This document shows positions 1-11,134 of a DNA stretch of 64,000 bases, one piece after another. Position 1 is the first letter of the stretch. Every line of letters begins with the position of its first letter. The position numbers and the translations under genes are program-made. The DNA lies in assembly GCA_905182225.1 (NCBI GenBank), contig CAJJAJ010000003.1, positions 6,886 to 70,885 of the forward strand. The letters are read 5' to 3'. This DNA is from an uncultured Aquiluna sp. GTDB taxonomy: Bacteria > Actinomycetota > Actinomycetes > Actinomycetales > Microbacteriaceae. A model generated the notes under the pieces. The model searched no databases. It was not told where the DNA came from and was given only the letters and a program-made list of their open reading frames with translations.

Positions 1-977
1 CCGCTGCAACATCTGCTCCTGAACTTGCCGTGACGGTTGGGGCTGTCCTAGATGGCGAACCCGACCTAGCTGTGGGAAATGTCGTCGGTAGCAATATTGT
101 AAATATTCTTGTAATTCTTGGAATATCGGCGATCATCAGCCCGCTGGTCATTAAACGTCAGTTGGTTAGGTTCGATATTCCGGTAATGGTGGGGCTATCG
201 CTGTTGCTTGTGCTGGTGAGCCTGGATGGCAGGATAAGCATCTTCGATGGGATGTTGTTACTTGCCGTTCTTATTTTCCACATAATCATGAGCATTTTGA
301 TCGGCCGGCGCACGGCTGCCGAGCCAGATGACAGGCCAATTGAGCTGCCTCTGAATAGCAAGCCTGCATCATTGTGGTGGGCTGCAACTGTACTGGCAGC
401 CGGGGTTGGGCTCTTGGTGCTTGGATCTCAATTGCTGGTATCGGGGGCGGTAAATATTGCTACCGGGCTCGGAGTGAGCAGCCTGATTATTGGCCTGACT
501 GTTGTCGCCCTTGGCACCTCGCTACCAGAACTTGCAACCTCGATCGTTGCTCTCAGGCGCGGCGAGCGAGACATAGCGGTTGGAAACATCGTCGGGAGCA
601 ATCTTTTCAACATCGGTTTAGTGCTTGGTCTACCAGCAATTATTTTCGGAGATGGCATTCCAGTGCCTTCGGCAGCGATCGCACTTGACCTTCCACTAAT
701 GCTCGCGGCTGCAGTTGCACTGCTGCCAATTGCATTCACCGGCTTCATGATTGCTCGTTGGGAAGGAGCGATGTTCGTGGCGCTCTACGCCTCCTACGCT
801 CTGTATCTCGTGCTGGCATCAACCGAGCACGATGCGGCCCGAGGGTTCACCATTATCATGCTCTGGTTCGTTTTGCCGTTACTGGCGGTCACAATCATTG
901 CTTTCACTTCTTACGAGGTTGGATTAGTAAGGGGCCGAAAAGAAAGCAGCAGGCCCAAACGCGAATCGTCAAGCTAG
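1..977 (+). CDS. Ca2+/cation antiporter, CaCA (YrbG-like) family; 5'-partial
   Basis: The frame is open from the window edge. Two CaCA alpha-repeats are present: TSAPELAVTVGAVLDGEPDLAVGNVVGSNIVNIL and GTSLPELATSIVALRRGERDIAVGNIVGSNLFNIG. The protein is multi-pass hydrophobic. The GTG at nt 30 is only the first in-window start, so the true start lies upstream of the window. Confidence 0.8.
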   Translation, partial: AATSAPELAVTVGAVLDGEPDLAVGNVVGSNIVNILVILGISAIISPLVIKRQLVRFDIPVMVGLSLLLVLVSLDGRISIFDGMLLLAVLIFHIIMSILIGRRTAAEPDDRPIELPLNSKPASLWWAATVLAAGVGLLVLGSQLLVSGAVNIATGLGVSSLIIGLTVVALGTSLPELATSIVALRRGERDIAVGNIVGSNLFNIGLVLGLPAIIFGDGIPVPSAAIALDLPLMLAAAVALLPIAFTGFMIARWEGAMFVALYASYALYLVLASTEHDAARGFTIIMLWFVLPLLAVTIIAFTSYEVGLVRGRKESSRPKRESSS

Positions 978-995
978 CTAGATGTCAATTGCGTG

Positions 996-2075
996 CTAAA
1001 CGTTGAAGCGAAACTCCACAACATCGCCATCCTGCATTGTGTAGTCCTTACCTTCGATTCTGGCCTTGCCGAGCGATTTAGCCTGAGCCATCGAACCAGC
1101 GCTGTCTAGATCAATGAAGGAAACAACCTCGGCCTTGATGAAGCCTTTTTCAAAATCAGTGTGAATAACACCGGCAGCCTGAGGAGCTTTGGCGCCCTTA
1201 GGTATTGTCCAGGCTCTGGATTCTTTTGGCCCAGCAGTTAGATAAGTCTGAAGACCTAAGGTTTCAAACCCAATTCGCGCAAGCTGATCAAGACCTGACT
1301 CGTTTTGCCCAAGAGACGCAAGCAGCTCGTTAGCCTCTTCCGGAGACAAATCGATAAGTTCGGATTCGACCTTGGCATCCAAGAACACAGCCTCTGCCGG
1401 CTTGACTAAGTTCGCGAGTTCTTGAAGTCTCCCTGGGTCTCCAAGGACTTCCTCGTCCACATTGAACACAAACAAAATTGGCTTCGCCGTCAGCAGGCCA
1501 AGCTCTCGAATCGGCTCTAAGTCGACGCTCGAAAGCGAAAGTGGCGTCCCCGCGTTCAGGCAAGCCAGTGCTTCATCGATTACTACTAGCACCAGCGGAT
1601 CGGCTTTTTTGCCCTTGACTTCTTTTTCAAGTCTCGGCCTTGCCTTCTCGAGAGTTTGCATGTCGGCAAGAATCAATTCGGTGTTGATTGTTTCAATGTC
1701 ACCACCGGCATCAACCTTGCCCTCGACGTGAATGACGTCGCTATCGGCGAATCCACGAACTACTTGAGCAATTGCATCCGCCTCGCGAATGTTTGCCAGA
1801 AACTTATTTCCAAGCCCCTCGCCCTCTGATGCACCCTTTACGATTCCAGCGATGTCAACAAAAGAGACTGCTGCCGGAAGAATTCGCTCCGAGCTAAATA
1901 TCTCTGCCAGCCTCTTGAGACGCGCGTCCGGAAGGTTCACGACTCCAATGTTGGGCTCGATAGTGGCAAATGGGTAATTCGCCGCCAAAACGTTGTTCTT
2001 AGTAAGCGCGTTGAACAGGGTGGACTTGCCAACATTGGGCAAGCCGACGATTCCGATAGTTAGGGCCACCGGCAA
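996..2075 (-). CDS. ychF: Ribosome-binding ATPase YchF
   Basis: P-loop GIVGLPNVGKSTLFNALT and a conserved C-terminal block AGVIHTDFEKGFIKAEV. The length (about 357-359 aa) fits the family. The start is TTG 2075 or, more family-like, GTG 2069 (MALTIGIVG...). Confidence 0.95.
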   Translation of the reverse strand: MPVALTIGIVGLPNVGKSTLFNALTKNNVLAANYPFATIEPNIGVVNLPDARLKRLAEIFSSERILPAAVSFVDIAGIVKGASEGEGLGNKFLANIREADAIAQVVRGFADSDVIHVEGKVDAGGDIETINTELILADMQTLEKARPRLEKEVKGKKADPLVLVVIDEALACLNAGTPLSLSSVDLEPIRELGLLTAKPILFVFNVDEEVLGDPGRLQELANLVKPAEAVFLDAKVESELIDLSPEEANELLASLGQNESGLDQLARIGFETLGLQTYLTAGPKESRAWTIPKGAKAPQAAGVIHTDFEKGFIKAEVVSFIDLDSAGSMAQAKSLGKARIEGKDYTMQDGDVVEFRFNV

Positions 2076-2099
2076 AGCTTATTGCCTCATACTTAATGT

Positions 2100-2669
2100 G
2101 TGGCCATGGAATTCATAAGCATTGACTTTGAAACAGCCAATTCCTCGCCTGCGTCCCCTTGCGCAGTTGGCCTCGTGAGGGTTTCGGATGGTCAAATAAC
2201 CGAGACGCTGTCGATGTTATTTCGACCACCTTTTCCAAATAACTGGTTCCACGAAGGAAACATCCGGGTCCACGGAATCAAGCCCGAGGATGTCCTGGAT
2301 GCCCCTGAGTGGCAGGAAGTACTCCCAGAATTATTGCTTTTCACAGATGGTTTACCACTTTTGGCTCATAATGCCGCATTCGACATGGGGGTGCTTCGTG
2401 CTTCAGCGGCGGCCGTGTCATTTGATTTACCGAACTTGAGCTATGGCTGCACGCTGCTCATGTCCAGGAAGACCTACAACCTTGACAGTTACCGCCTAAA
2501 CGCAGTCGCTTATGCAATAGGTCACGAGGAATTTGCTCACCACGATGCGCTGGCGGATGCGGACGCCTGCGCCAGGATTGCGCTGGATATGGCCAACCGT
2601 CACGAAGTGGAATCTCTGGATGAGTTGCTAATCAAAACCAAGCAGCGTTTTAAGCCCTTATTAGTCTGA
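2100..2669 (+). CDS. DnaQ-like 3'-5' exonuclease (DEDDh, DNA pol III epsilon-like)
   Basis: Exo motifs ISIDFETAN, AHNAAFDMGVL and HHDALADADACARI. The start is GTG 2100 or ATG 2106. Confidence 0.8.
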   Translation: MAMEFISIDFETANSSPASPCAVGLVRVSDGQITETLSMLFRPPFPNNWFHEGNIRVHGIKPEDVLDAPEWQEVLPELLLFTDGLPLLAHNAAFDMGVLRASAAAVSFDLPNLSYGCTLLMSRKTYNLDSYRLNAVAYAIGHEEFAHHDALADADACARIALDMANRHEVESLDELLIKTKQRFKPLLV

Positions 2670-2691
2670 CCCCACTGCGATACTTGGGACC

Positions 2692-3903
2692 ATGGATACT
2701 GGACTTATTGCAAGCAGCACAGCCATTTGGGCAGGCGTCAGCGCCCTGCTATTGGGCCTAATAATTGGAGCCGGATTCGGTATCAGATACCAGAAGCGAA
2801 AATTAGTTGGATCTGACCCAGAACTTGGAAGCAAGCTGGCCGGGCTAGAGGCAACAGAAAAAGAGCTGCGCGCTCAGCTTCTAAAGGCCGATCAGGCATC
2901 TGCAATTCAGGCTAATCAGCAAGACCAAGAAAATAAAGTTTTGGTTCAGCTTGGTCCTGTAAAGCAGCAGCTCCAACAGATGCAAGATGTTGTCCAGCGC
3001 CTGGAGAAGGAGCGCACCGAGCAATTCAGCTCAATCTCCGAGCAGTTGAGAACCGCGGTCGAAACCGATGAGAATCTGAGAAAGCAAACCCAGCAGCTTT
3101 CTCAGGCACTTAGCTCAAACAGCCTTCGGGGCGTTTGGGGTGAGACCCAGCTTCGAAAACTGGTCGAGCTTGCGGGTCTAATTAAGCATGCAGACTTTTC
3201 CGAGCAGGCAACCATCACCACCGATACCGGCATGGGTCGGGCCGACATGGTTATCAACCTTCCCGGAGGCAAGTCACTAGCCATTGACTCCAAAGTTCCA
3301 TTTAGCGCCTATCAGGAAGCCAGCGCCATCTCGGAGCTTGCAACCGGCGAAGAAGCCAGCAGGCGAGACCGCCTCATCAAGGATCACGTGGCCGCAGTGA
3401 GAAAACACATCGACGACTTGGGCAGCAAGGCCTATTGGACCGGCCTGGATTCTTCTCCGGATTTTGTTATCTGCTTTCTACCAAGCGAGTCGCTGCTTTC
3501 TGCCGCCCTGGATTCTGACCCTGCACTGATGGAGTACGCATTCAAGAAAAACGTGGCGCTCTCATCTCCGGTTTCACTGTTTTCCGTTCTGAAAACAATC
3601 AACTACATTTGGCGCCAAAACGCAGATGAGTCTCAAGTTCGCTCAATGATCAAACTGGGCAGGGAGCTATATGAACGAGTTGGAAAACTTGCCACTCTCA
3701 CCTCAGACCTTGGCAACAAACTCACCTCAACGGTCAAGTCCTACAACGCCTTCGTGTCCAGCCTGGAGTCCAGAATGTTGGTGACCGCCCGCAAGCTAAA
3801 TGATCTTGACGAGAACGAGCTCGGAATCGATTCGATAGGCGAACCCAAGCAAATCGAAGAATCTCCGACTGCGATGACCTCCAAGGAGCTTTCCGAAGAT
3901 TGA
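2692..3903 (+). CDS. rmuC: DNA recombination protein RmuC
   Basis: N-terminal TM segment, Q/E-rich coiled coil, and the RmuC core RGVWGETQLRKLVELAGL...GRADMVINLPGGKSLAIDSKVPFSAY. Confidence 0.85.
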   Translation: MDTGLIASSTAIWAGVSALLLGLIIGAGFGIRYQKRKLVGSDPELGSKLAGLEATEKELRAQLLKADQASAIQANQQDQENKVLVQLGPVKQQLQQMQDVVQRLEKERTEQFSSISEQLRTAVETDENLRKQTQQLSQALSSNSLRGVWGETQLRKLVELAGLIKHADFSEQATITTDTGMGRADMVINLPGGKSLAIDSKVPFSAYQEASAISELATGEEASRRDRLIKDHVAAVRKHIDDLGSKAYWTGLDSSPDFVICFLPSESLLSAALDSDPALMEYAFKKNVALSSPVSLFSVLKTINYIWRQNADESQVRSMIKLGRELYERVGKLATLTSDLGNKLTSTVKSYNAFVSSLESRMLVTARKLNDLDENELGIDSIGEPKQIEESPTAMTSKELSED

Positions 3904-3988
3904 GCGCTTTTCGCTATAGTGTTGTGGACGCGCCTACAAAGATGTGAGTGGAATTTCATTTTTTACTACCCACCTTCAAGGAGTAACC

Positions 3989-4996
3989 ATGGCAGGCAAT
4001 ACCTCCATAGTCACGCTCACCCCTGCCCCAACTCTTGACAGAACCTATTTCGTAAACAACCTAGAGGCCGGCGGCGTAAATCGTGCGACTCGCGTGGGCG
4101 AAGAGTTAGCCGGCAAGGGCATCAACGTTTCTAGAGCCCTACGACTTGCGAACATAGAAGCCCCTGGAATCGTTCCAATAGGTGACGCCGACACGGGTGT
4201 TCTAGAGCGAACCGGTTCAGAATTTCTCACGCCTCTTTGGGTTGAGGGAACACTTCGTGTCTCAACAACTATCGTCGAAGAAAACGGACCGACCACAAAA
4301 ATTAATGAAAACCCAAGACCTCTGAAGCAAACCGACTGGGATCACGTACTGAGGCTCACTGAGGAGACTCTGGTGGCTAGCGGAGCCAGGTGGCTGGTTG
4401 TTGCAGGTGCTCACCCGGAGATATTGGAAACAGGCAAGGCAATAGACCTTCAGCCGCTATTTGATCTAACAAAAAAACTTGGTGTTCGCGTTGTGCTTGA
4501 CACCTCCGGCCCCGCTCTTAGATTCTGGGCTCAGAATGGAAGCGCCACAATCATGAAGCCCAACGCCCACGAACTGGCTGAGTGTGTCGGTAGAGAGCTT
4601 GCAACTTTTGGCGATGTTGTCGATGCCGCTCGCCAGCTAAACGGTTGGGGCGTCGACTGCGTGATGGCTTCGCTGGGCGTAGACGGAATCCTGGCAGTCA
4701 CAAGCTCGCACGCAATCCATGCCCGCACGGCTCCAGTGAAGGTCATCAATACCGTTGGAGCTGGGGACTCGACCATTGCCGGCTTCCTCGCCGCCCTAGC
4801 AGCCCATCCGGTAGACGAAACCGCCTACGGCGTCGGGTTCGATATCGCCGAGGGTATTTCCTCAGCGGTTCAATGGGGAGCGGCTAAAGTCCAACAGCCA
4901 ACCAGTGGACTCCAAAGTATTGAAAACCTTGTGTCGGCTACCGTTGACCAAAACCCAAATCGAGATCACCTTCTTGGTGAGCCAGCAAAGCCCTAA
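3989..4996 (+). CDS. PfkB-family sugar(-phosphate) kinase (1-phosphofructokinase-like)
   Basis: N-terminal block VNRATRVGEELAGKGINVSRAL and the PfkB C-terminal signature NTVGAGDSTIAGFLAAL. An AAGGAG lies 6 nt upstream of ATG 3989. The longer ORF from 3944 has no RBS. Confidence 0.8.
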   Translation: MAGNTSIVTLTPAPTLDRTYFVNNLEAGGVNRATRVGEELAGKGINVSRALRLANIEAPGIVPIGDADTGVLERTGSEFLTPLWVEGTLRVSTTIVEENGPTTKINENPRPLKQTDWDHVLRLTEETLVASGARWLVVAGAHPEILETGKAIDLQPLFDLTKKLGVRVVLDTSGPALRFWAQNGSATIMKPNAHELAECVGRELATFGDVVDAARQLNGWGVDCVMASLGVDGILAVTSSHAIHARTAPVKVINTVGAGDSTIAGFLAALAAHPVDETAYGVGFDIAEGISSAVQWGAAKVQQPTSGLQSIENLVSATVDQNPNRDHLLGEPAKP

Positions 4997-5008
4997 GGAG
5001 CAACCATC

Positions 5009-6031
5009 ATGGCAGTTGTAACTTCCAACGAATATTCTGAGATGCTGAACCGTGCCAAAGCCGGTGGCTTTGCCTATCCAGCCCTGAACGTCTCAAGCTC
5101 CCAGACACTAAATGCAGCTCTTGCTGGCTTGCAAGAAGCAGGCTCCGATGGCATCCTGCAGGTCTCCACGGGCGGAGCCGACTATTGGTCGGGATCGACA
5201 ATAAAGCATCGAGTCTCCGGCGCATTGGCCTTTGCCGCGTTTGCTAAAGAGGTCGCGAAAAACTACGACATTAAGGTCGCCCTCCACACCGATCACTGCG
5301 CGGAAGATCAGCTTGATGGATTCGTGCGGCCGCTATTGGAGCTCTCGGCCGAGCAGGTCAGATCCGGCGGCGAGTCAATTTTCAACTCCCACATGTGGGA
5401 TGGATCGGCAATCGCCCTAGATAAGAACTTGGTTATTGCAAAAGAGCTACTTGCAAAAACCCATAACGTGGGAGCGATTCTTGAAATTGAAGTGGGCGCG
5501 GTTGGCGGCGAAGAAGATGGCGTTGAGGGTGCAATCGATGAGCACCTCTACACAACTGTCGAAGACGGAATCAAGACAATCGAAGCGCTGGGTGTGGGCG
5601 AAAAAGGACGATACCTTTCGGCACTAACCTTTGGCAACGTTCACGGTGTTTACAAGCCAGGCAACGTCCACTTGCGACCTGAGCTACTCGAGGAGATTCA
5701 GCGCGAAGTTGGCGCGAAATACGGCCAGGAGAACCCCTTTGACTTGGTGTTCCATGGCGGATCTGGCTCAACAGACAAAGAGATTTCCGATGCCGTTTCA
5801 TTTGGTGTAATCAAGATGAACATTGACACCGACACCCAATATGCATTTACTAGGCCAGTGGTAAACCACATGCTAAAAAACTACGATGCCGTTTTGCGCA
5901 TCGATGGCGAAGTTGGAAACAAGAAGCTCTATGACCCCAGGAACTGGGGAGCTGCCGCAGAGGCAGGAATGGCGTCTCGCGTGATTCAGGCCGCCACGCA
6001 ACTAGGTTCCGCCGGCAAGTCCACCTGGTAA
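5009..6031 (+). CDS. fbaA: Class II fructose-bisphosphate aldolase
   Basis: Motifs ALHTDHC, FNSHMWDGS, LEIEVGAVGGEEDG and FHGGSGS. AAGGAG lies upstream of the ATG. Confidence 0.92.
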   Translation: MAVVTSNEYSEMLNRAKAGGFAYPALNVSSSQTLNAALAGLQEAGSDGILQVSTGGADYWSGSTIKHRVSGALAFAAFAKEVAKNYDIKVALHTDHCAEDQLDGFVRPLLELSAEQVRSGGESIFNSHMWDGSAIALDKNLVIAKELLAKTHNVGAILEIEVGAVGGEEDGVEGAIDEHLYTTVEDGIKTIEALGVGEKGRYLSALTFGNVHGVYKPGNVHLRPELLEEIQREVGAKYGQENPFDLVFHGGSGSTDKEISDAVSFGVIKMNIDTDTQYAFTRPVVNHMLKNYDAVLRIDGEVGNKKLYDPRNWGAAAEAGMASRVIQAATQLGSAGKSTW

Positions 6032-6059
6032 TTTTCTAAAAAAACTTCTTTAGAGGTAA

Positions 6060-7076
6060 TTAGCGCTTTTTGTTGGACGTGTCCTGGCCTGCGCTTTTTA
6101 GCTCCTTGCGAAGCTCTTTTGGAAGCGAGAACTGAATGTCCTCTTCGGCAGTGGTAACCGTCGAAACGTTGCCAAAACCCTTCTCATCGAGGTAGTCAAG
6201 TACGTCCGAAACTAGCTCTTCCGGTACTGATGCGCCCGAACTCACTCCAACTGTTGCAACGCCCTCAAACCATGAGTCTTCAATTTCTGATGCGAAGTCG
6301 ACTCGATAGGCTGCTTTTGCTCCAGCCTCAAGAGCAACTTCAACTAGCCTGACGGTGTTTGAGGAGTTTGCTGATCCAACGACAATCACAAGGTCCGAGT
6401 CCGCACCGATTTTCTTGATGGATACCTGACGGTTTTGGGTGGCGTAACAAATGTCATCACTGGGTGGATTCTCCAAGAGAGGGAATCGCTCTCGAATCTT
6501 CAGAACGGTTTCCATCGTTTCATCGACCGACAATGTTGTTTGAGAAAGCCAAATGACCTTGCTCGGGTCCTTCACTTTGGCCCTGGCTATGTCTTCATTA
6601 CCGTCAATTAGCTGGACAATGCCCGGAGCCTGCCCGGCAGTTCCCTCGACCTCTTCGTGGCCTTCGTGGCCCACCAAAAGAATGTCGTAACCCTCTTTTT
6701 CAAACCGTTGTACTTCACGGTGGACCTTGGTTACCAAGGGACAGGTCGCGTCGATGGTCTGTTGGTTTCTGGATTCGGCCATCTCAACTACCGCCGGAGA
6801 TACCCCATGGGCGCTAAAGATCATGACACAACCCTCGGGCGCCTCGTCGACTTCCTCCACAAAGATCGCTCCTCGACGCTCTAGTGAGCGCACAACATGT
6901 TTGTTGTGAACGATTTGCTTACGCACGTAAACCGGTGCTCCGTAGTGGTCAAGAGCTTTTTCGACCGCGATTACCGCTCGGTCGACTCCTGCGCAGTAGC
7001 CTCTAGGAGCCGCTAGGAGAACTTTCTTGTTCAAGCCAGTGTCTTTTAGGTCGGTATTGTTGATAACAGTCACCAT
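6060..7076 (-). CDS. ispH: 4-hydroxy-3-methylbut-2-enyl diphosphate reductase
   Basis: Motifs [33 protein letters not shown] and LSQTTLS, which supply the three cluster cysteines. The length is 338 aa. Confidence 0.95.
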   Translation of the reverse strand: MVTVINNTDLKDTGLNKKVLLAAPRGYCAGVDRAVIAVEKALDHYGAPVYVRKQIVHNKHVVRSLERRGAIFVEEVDEAPEGCVMIFSAHGVSPAVVEMAESRNQQTIDATCPLVTKVHREVQRFEKEGYDILLVGHEGHEEVEGTAGQAPGIVQLIDGNEDIARAKVKDPSKVIWLSQTTLSVDETMETVLKIRERFPLLENPPSDDICYATQNRQVSIKKIGADSDLVIVVGSANSSNTVRLVEVALEAGAKAAYRVDFASEIEDSWFEGVATVGVSSGASVPEELVSDVLDYLDEKGFGNVSTVTTAEEDIQFSLPKELRKELKSAGQDTSNKKR

Positions 7077-7107
7077 TCAATTCTACAACCCCAGCAAGGA
7101 GGTCAGT

Positions 7108-8355
7108 TTGGAGCAAGCAGTCGGTAATGAATTGCAATCCAAAGTTAGCACTGAGCATTCCCCTTGGCAGGTTTCCACGCTATCCAAATCACTAAAGGAC
7201 TGGATAGAGAAGCTGGGGAGAGTTTGGATTGAAGGAGAACTGCAGTCGTTCTCCGAGCGTGGCACCAACATGTTTGGGTCCATCCGCGATTTAGACGTTG
7301 AAAATTCAATTGAAATACACGCCTTTGCCAACTCCGGCGCCGAGATAGCACCCGGACTCAGTCAGGGTGACCGAGTAGTAGCACTTGTGCAACCGGTTTT
7401 CTGGCCGAAAAACGGCAAGCTCACGATGCGCGTTATACAAATGCACAAGGTTGGGCTCGGAGAGCTTCTTGAGCGAATCGAGAAACTGAAGCTTCAGCTA
7501 ATTTCCGAAGGCCTCACTGATGCAAGCCTAAAAAAGGCTCTCCCTTTTTTGCCAAACAAAATTGGTCTCATTACCGGAGCAAAATCTGACGCCGAGAAAG
7601 ACGTTCTTCAAAATTCCAAGCTGCGCTGGCCCGAGGTCGAATTCGAAGTCATAAACACTCTGGTTCAGGGAGATCGCGCGGTGGCAGAGATCATTTTGGC
7701 GCTTGAGCAACTGGACCTGATGAGTGATGTTGACGTGATAATAATTGCCCGTGGTGGTGGAAGCTTCCAAGATCTTTTGCCCTTCAGCGACGAGCGGCTC
7801 GTGCGGGCTGCTGCTGCTGCCAAAACGCCGATAGTCAGCGCCATCGGCCACGAAAATGACCAGCCACTTTTAGATTTAGTTGCGGACCTGCGAGCATCAA
7901 CCCCCACCGATGCCGCCAAGAGAGTGGTCCCAGATATCGCAGAAGAATTTTCTAAGCTCTCGAATGCGGCAGAGCGAATTTGGTTTCGAATGTCATCATT
8001 GGTTGAGAACCAGCAGCAGAGCATCGCCTCGCTGAGATCAAGGCCGGTTCTGGCATCCCCCTTCGGTTTCGTTGATAACCAACAGGAGATTTTGACCCAA
8101 GCAGCCAGAAGACTGGGCGAAATTCTTGCCTTCCGGATTGAACGGAGCACTTCCGAGGTTGAACAGTTGCACGCGCGCGCAAAATCCCTTTCACCCCAAT
8201 TGACTTTGGAGCGCGGCTACGCGGTGATAACTTCCGTCGATGGCAAAGTGCTCAACAAAACTAAAAAAGGCCAAGAATTTAGTGTGATTTCAGCCAGACA
8301 GGAAATTTCGGCAACAGTAAATGACGTTAAGGAGAGAGATGTCAAAAGAAATTAG
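7108..8355 (+). CDS. xseA: Exodeoxyribonuclease VII large subunit
   Basis: Motifs [18 protein letters not shown] and [27 protein letters not shown] (7096-7102) followed by an in-frame TTG at 7108 avoids the 50-nt head-on overlap with ispH that the longest ORF (7027) would create. Confidence 0.85.
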   Translation: MEQAVGNELQSKVSTEHSPWQVSTLSKSLKDWIEKLGRVWIEGELQSFSERGTNMFGSIRDLDVENSIEIHAFANSGAEIAPGLSQGDRVVALVQPVFWPKNGKLTMRVIQMHKVGLGELLERIEKLKLQLISEGLTDASLKKALPFLPNKIGLITGAKSDAEKDVLQNSKLRWPEVEFEVINTLVQGDRAVAEIILALEQLDLMSDVDVIIIARGGGSFQDLLPFSDERLVRAAAAAKTPIVSAIGHENDQPLLDLVADLRASTPTDAAKRVVPDIAEEFSKLSNAAERIWFRMSSLVENQQQSIASLRSRPVLASPFGFVDNQQEILTQAARRLGEILAFRIERSTSEVEQLHARAKSLSPQLTLERGYAVITSVDGKVLNKTKKGQEFSVISARQEISATVNDVKERDVKRN

Positions 8356-8548
8356 CTCACTGAGCTATGAGCAGGCCAGGGACGAGCTTCAGGAAGTAGT
8401 TCAGCAACTGGAGCAGCAGAATGTGAGCCTAGAGTCCTCAATGGCCCTCTGGGAGCGCGGTGAGGCTCTTGCTAAGCACTGCGAAGAGTGGCTAAGTGGC
8501 GCTCGCAAGAAACTAGATAAGGCTTCCAAGGAGCGTCAGGCCAAGTGA
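8339..8548 (+). CDS. xseB: Exodeoxyribonuclease VII small subunit
   Basis: Sequence [51 protein letters not shown] lies upstream of ATG 8339. The gene overlaps the xseA stop, which suggests coupled translation. Confidence 0.85.
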   Translation: MSKEISSLSYEQARDELQEVVQQLEQQNVSLESSMALWERGEALAKHCEEWLSGARKKLDKASKERQAK

Positions 8549-9099
8549 GCCTCACTCCAGCGCAGCGCAGAGCAAAGCAAACCATAAGAAACTTGGTCCT
8601 TTCGCTAATAGTCACCATGGGTCTAGTGGCAGCAATCTATCTGGGCGTTCCAAGAGACGACAGCAATCGAATCGCCGCCGTGGATTACCAGACGATTTCC
8701 ATTGACGCATCGGCGTCACTCGGGCAGCAAGCTCTGAGCCCGGAGGTCCCTTCGGGCTGGTGGGCTAACGCCGCGCGCTTGGAGACGACTCTCGGAGTTG
8801 TGAGTTGGTACGTCGGATTCGTAACCGAGGAAAACCAGTACATTGGTCTATCTCAAGCCTTTGATTCAAATCCCTCCTGGGAGAGCTCTTTGCTAAGCAG
8901 TAATTTCCAAGACGGACAAATTGAACTATCTGGACTGACTTGGGAAATTTGGCCAACGATAAACCCTTCTTCTCCGCCCGGGACCACTGAATATGCGCTT
9001 TTGCACCGACTGGATAATTCTGTGGTTGTAATCTATGGAACAGCCGTTACTTCCGATTTTGAAAAGTTGGCGAAGGCTGTTTCATCTGAAATCAACTAG
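8545..9099 (+). CDS. Membrane-anchored conserved actinobacterial protein (DUF4245-like)
   Basis: The GTGA start/stop overlaps xseB. The basic N-terminus plus one TM segment ([25 protein letters not shown]) and the position after xseB match what I recall for DUF4245. That family call is from memory only. Confidence 0.5.
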   Translation: MSLTPAQRRAKQTIRNLVLSLIVTMGLVAAIYLGVPRDDSNRIAAVDYQTISIDASASLGQQALSPEVPSGWWANAARLETTLGVVSWYVGFVTEENQYIGLSQAFDSNPSWESSLLSSNFQDGQIELSGLTWEIWPTINPSSPPGTTEYALLHRLDNSVVVIYGTAVTSDFEKLAKAVSSEIN

Positions 9100-9106
9100 G
9101 AGACAC

Positions 9107-9724
9107 ATGGCTGAAGTTGTGACCTCAGAGCAGGCGTGGAGCAAGCTTGTGCGAGGCAATAAGAACTTCGTTTCTGGCGTCCCCGAGCACAAGCATCAAG
9201 ACGCTGAGAAACGGCGTGAACTAGCGGTGGAGCAGACCCCATTTGCAGCAGTATTTGGTTGTTCAGACTCGAGGCTTGCAGCAGAGCTGATCTTTGATGT
9301 CGGGCTTGGAGATCTATTTGTTATTCGAAATGCCGGTCAAGTGTTGGCAGAGACAATTCTGGGTTCTCTGGAGTTCGCAGTTGAAGTGATTGGCGTTCCT
9401 TTGATTCTCATACTCGGCCACGATCAATGTGGCGCCATCAAGGCTGGCATTGCCGCTCAAGAGGGGACACTTGCTGCAAAAGGAGAGTTCATTCACAATA
9501 TTGTGAATCGAATAACTCCGACCATTGATCGTGGCATTGCACTCGGAGAGACTTCAATCGACGAATTGACCAACCGTCACATCAAAGACACCGTTCAAGA
9601 AATCACCGAAAAATCCTCGGTCATTCGTGAGGCAATTCAGGCAGGTCGAGTTGCTATCGTCGGAGCACAGTACAAACTAGAGCTTGGTGAAGTCCACGTA
9701 GTCGAGCATCGTGGAAAAATCTAA
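9107..9724 (+). CDS. Beta-class carbonic anhydrase
   Basis: Zinc-ligand and active-site blocks FGCSDSRLAAELIFDVGLGDLFVIRNAGQV and LGHDQCGAI. AGGAG lies upstream of ATG 9107. The longer ORF from 9035 overlaps the previous gene. Confidence 0.85.
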   Translation: MAEVVTSEQAWSKLVRGNKNFVSGVPEHKHQDAEKRRELAVEQTPFAAVFGCSDSRLAAELIFDVGLGDLFVIRNAGQVLAETILGSLEFAVEVIGVPLILILGHDQCGAIKAGIAAQEGTLAAKGEFIHNIVNRITPTIDRGIALGETSIDELTNRHIKDTVQEITEKSSVIREAIQAGRVAIVGAQYKLELGEVHVVEHRGKI

Positions 9725-9745
9725 TAGACAGGTAGCGAGAGATTG

Positions 9746-11134
9746 ATGGAATACCGCATAGAGCAAGACACGATGGGCGAAGTAAAAGTTCCTAAACACG
9801 CTCTCTACCGCGCTCAGACTCAACGTGCGGTTGAGAACTTTCCAATCTCCGGGACCAGACTAGAAAAAGAACAGATAATCGCCCTGGCCAGAATCAAGAA
9901 AGCGGCGGCTCTAGCAAATGCCCAGCTGGGCATTCTTGAAGAGGCCATCTCCGCATCAATTCAGTTCGCTGCGGACCAGATTATTGCCGGCGAGCATCAT
10001 GAGCACTTCCCCGTAGATGTATTTCAAACCGGCAGCGGTACCAGCTCCAACATGAACATGAACGAAGTCTTGGCGACCTTAGCTACTTCTCACCTGGGTT
10101 CCGAGGTCCACCCGAACGATCACGTAAACATGTCGCAATCATCGAATGATGTATTTCCAACCTCGGTTCACGTTGCAATCACTAGCGCGCTAATCAAGGA
10201 CCTATTTCCATCACTGGATTACCTGGCCGGGCATCTCGAGAAGAAGGCAGTGGCTTGGACTGATTTTGTGAAGCCTGGCCGCACCCACCTGATGGACGCC
10301 ACTCCGGTTACTTTTGGACAAGAGTTTGCTGGCTACGCTGCTCAAATCCGATACGCAATCGAGCGCGTCGAAGCCACCCTGCCAAGAGTTAGTGAGGTCC
10401 CCCAGGGAGGAACCGCTACCGGCACCGGAATAAACACGCCAAAGGGCTTTCCCCAGGCCATAATTAGCCACCTAGCAAAGGAAACCGGACTCCCAATCAC
10501 TGAGGCCCGTGACCACTTTGAGGCGCAGGGAGCGAGAGACGCATTAGTAGAAGCTTCTGGTGCGCTGAAGGTTTTGGCGGTGAGCCTAACTAAGATCAAT
10601 AACGATATTCGCTGGATGGGATCTGGCCCAAACACTGGCCTCGGCGAACTGCAGATTCCAGATCTTCAGCCCGGTAGCTCGATCATGCCAGGCAAAGTAA
10701 ATCCGGTTGTCACGGAGGCGGTGCTGATGGTCTGCGCGAAAGTTATTGGAAACGATGCGACCGTGACTTGGGCCGGTGCAAGTGGAAATTTTGAGTTGAA
10801 CGTTGCTATCCCAGTAATGGGAAATGCTCTTCTCGAATCAATCAGGCTGCTTTCCAACTCAATGCGGGTTCTTGCCGACAAAACAATCGATGGACTACTT
10901 GTAAATCAGGACAGAGCCAAGGAACTCGCAGAATCATCGCCCGCGATAGTCACGCCCTTAAATAAGGTCATTGGCTATGAGGCGGCGGCAAAGATTGCTA
11001 AGCACGCGGTGGCGAACAGTGTCACGGTGAAGCAGGCTGCGCTTGATCTGGGCTATGTCGACGGCGATACTCTGAGCCTCGAGCAACTCGACCAGCTGTT
11101 GGCGGTACTTCCTATGACAAGGCCTCCCCAGTAA
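9746..11134 (+). CDS. fumC: Class II fumarate hydratase
   Basis: Signature [11 protein letters not shown] plus the [14 protein letters not shown] and SSNDVFPT blocks. Confidence 0.95.
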   Translation: MEYRIEQDTMGEVKVPKHALYRAQTQRAVENFPISGTRLEKEQIIALARIKKAAALANAQLGILEEAISASIQFAADQIIAGEHHEHFPVDVFQTGSGTSSNMNMNEVLATLATSHLGSEVHPNDHVNMSQSSNDVFPTSVHVAITSALIKDLFPSLDYLAGHLEKKAVAWTDFVKPGRTHLMDATPVTFGQEFAGYAAQIRYAIERVEATLPRVSEVPQGGTATGTGINTPKGFPQAIISHLAKETGLPITEARDHFEAQGARDALVEASGALKVLAVSLTKINNDIRWMGSGPNTGLGELQIPDLQPGSSIMPGKVNPVVTEAVLMVCAKVIGNDATVTWAGASGNFELNVAIPVMGNALLESIRLLSNSMRVLADKTIDGLLVNQDRAKELAESSPAIVTPLNKVIGYEAAAKIAKHAVANSVTVKQAALDLGYVDGDTLSLEQLDQLLAVLPMTRPPQ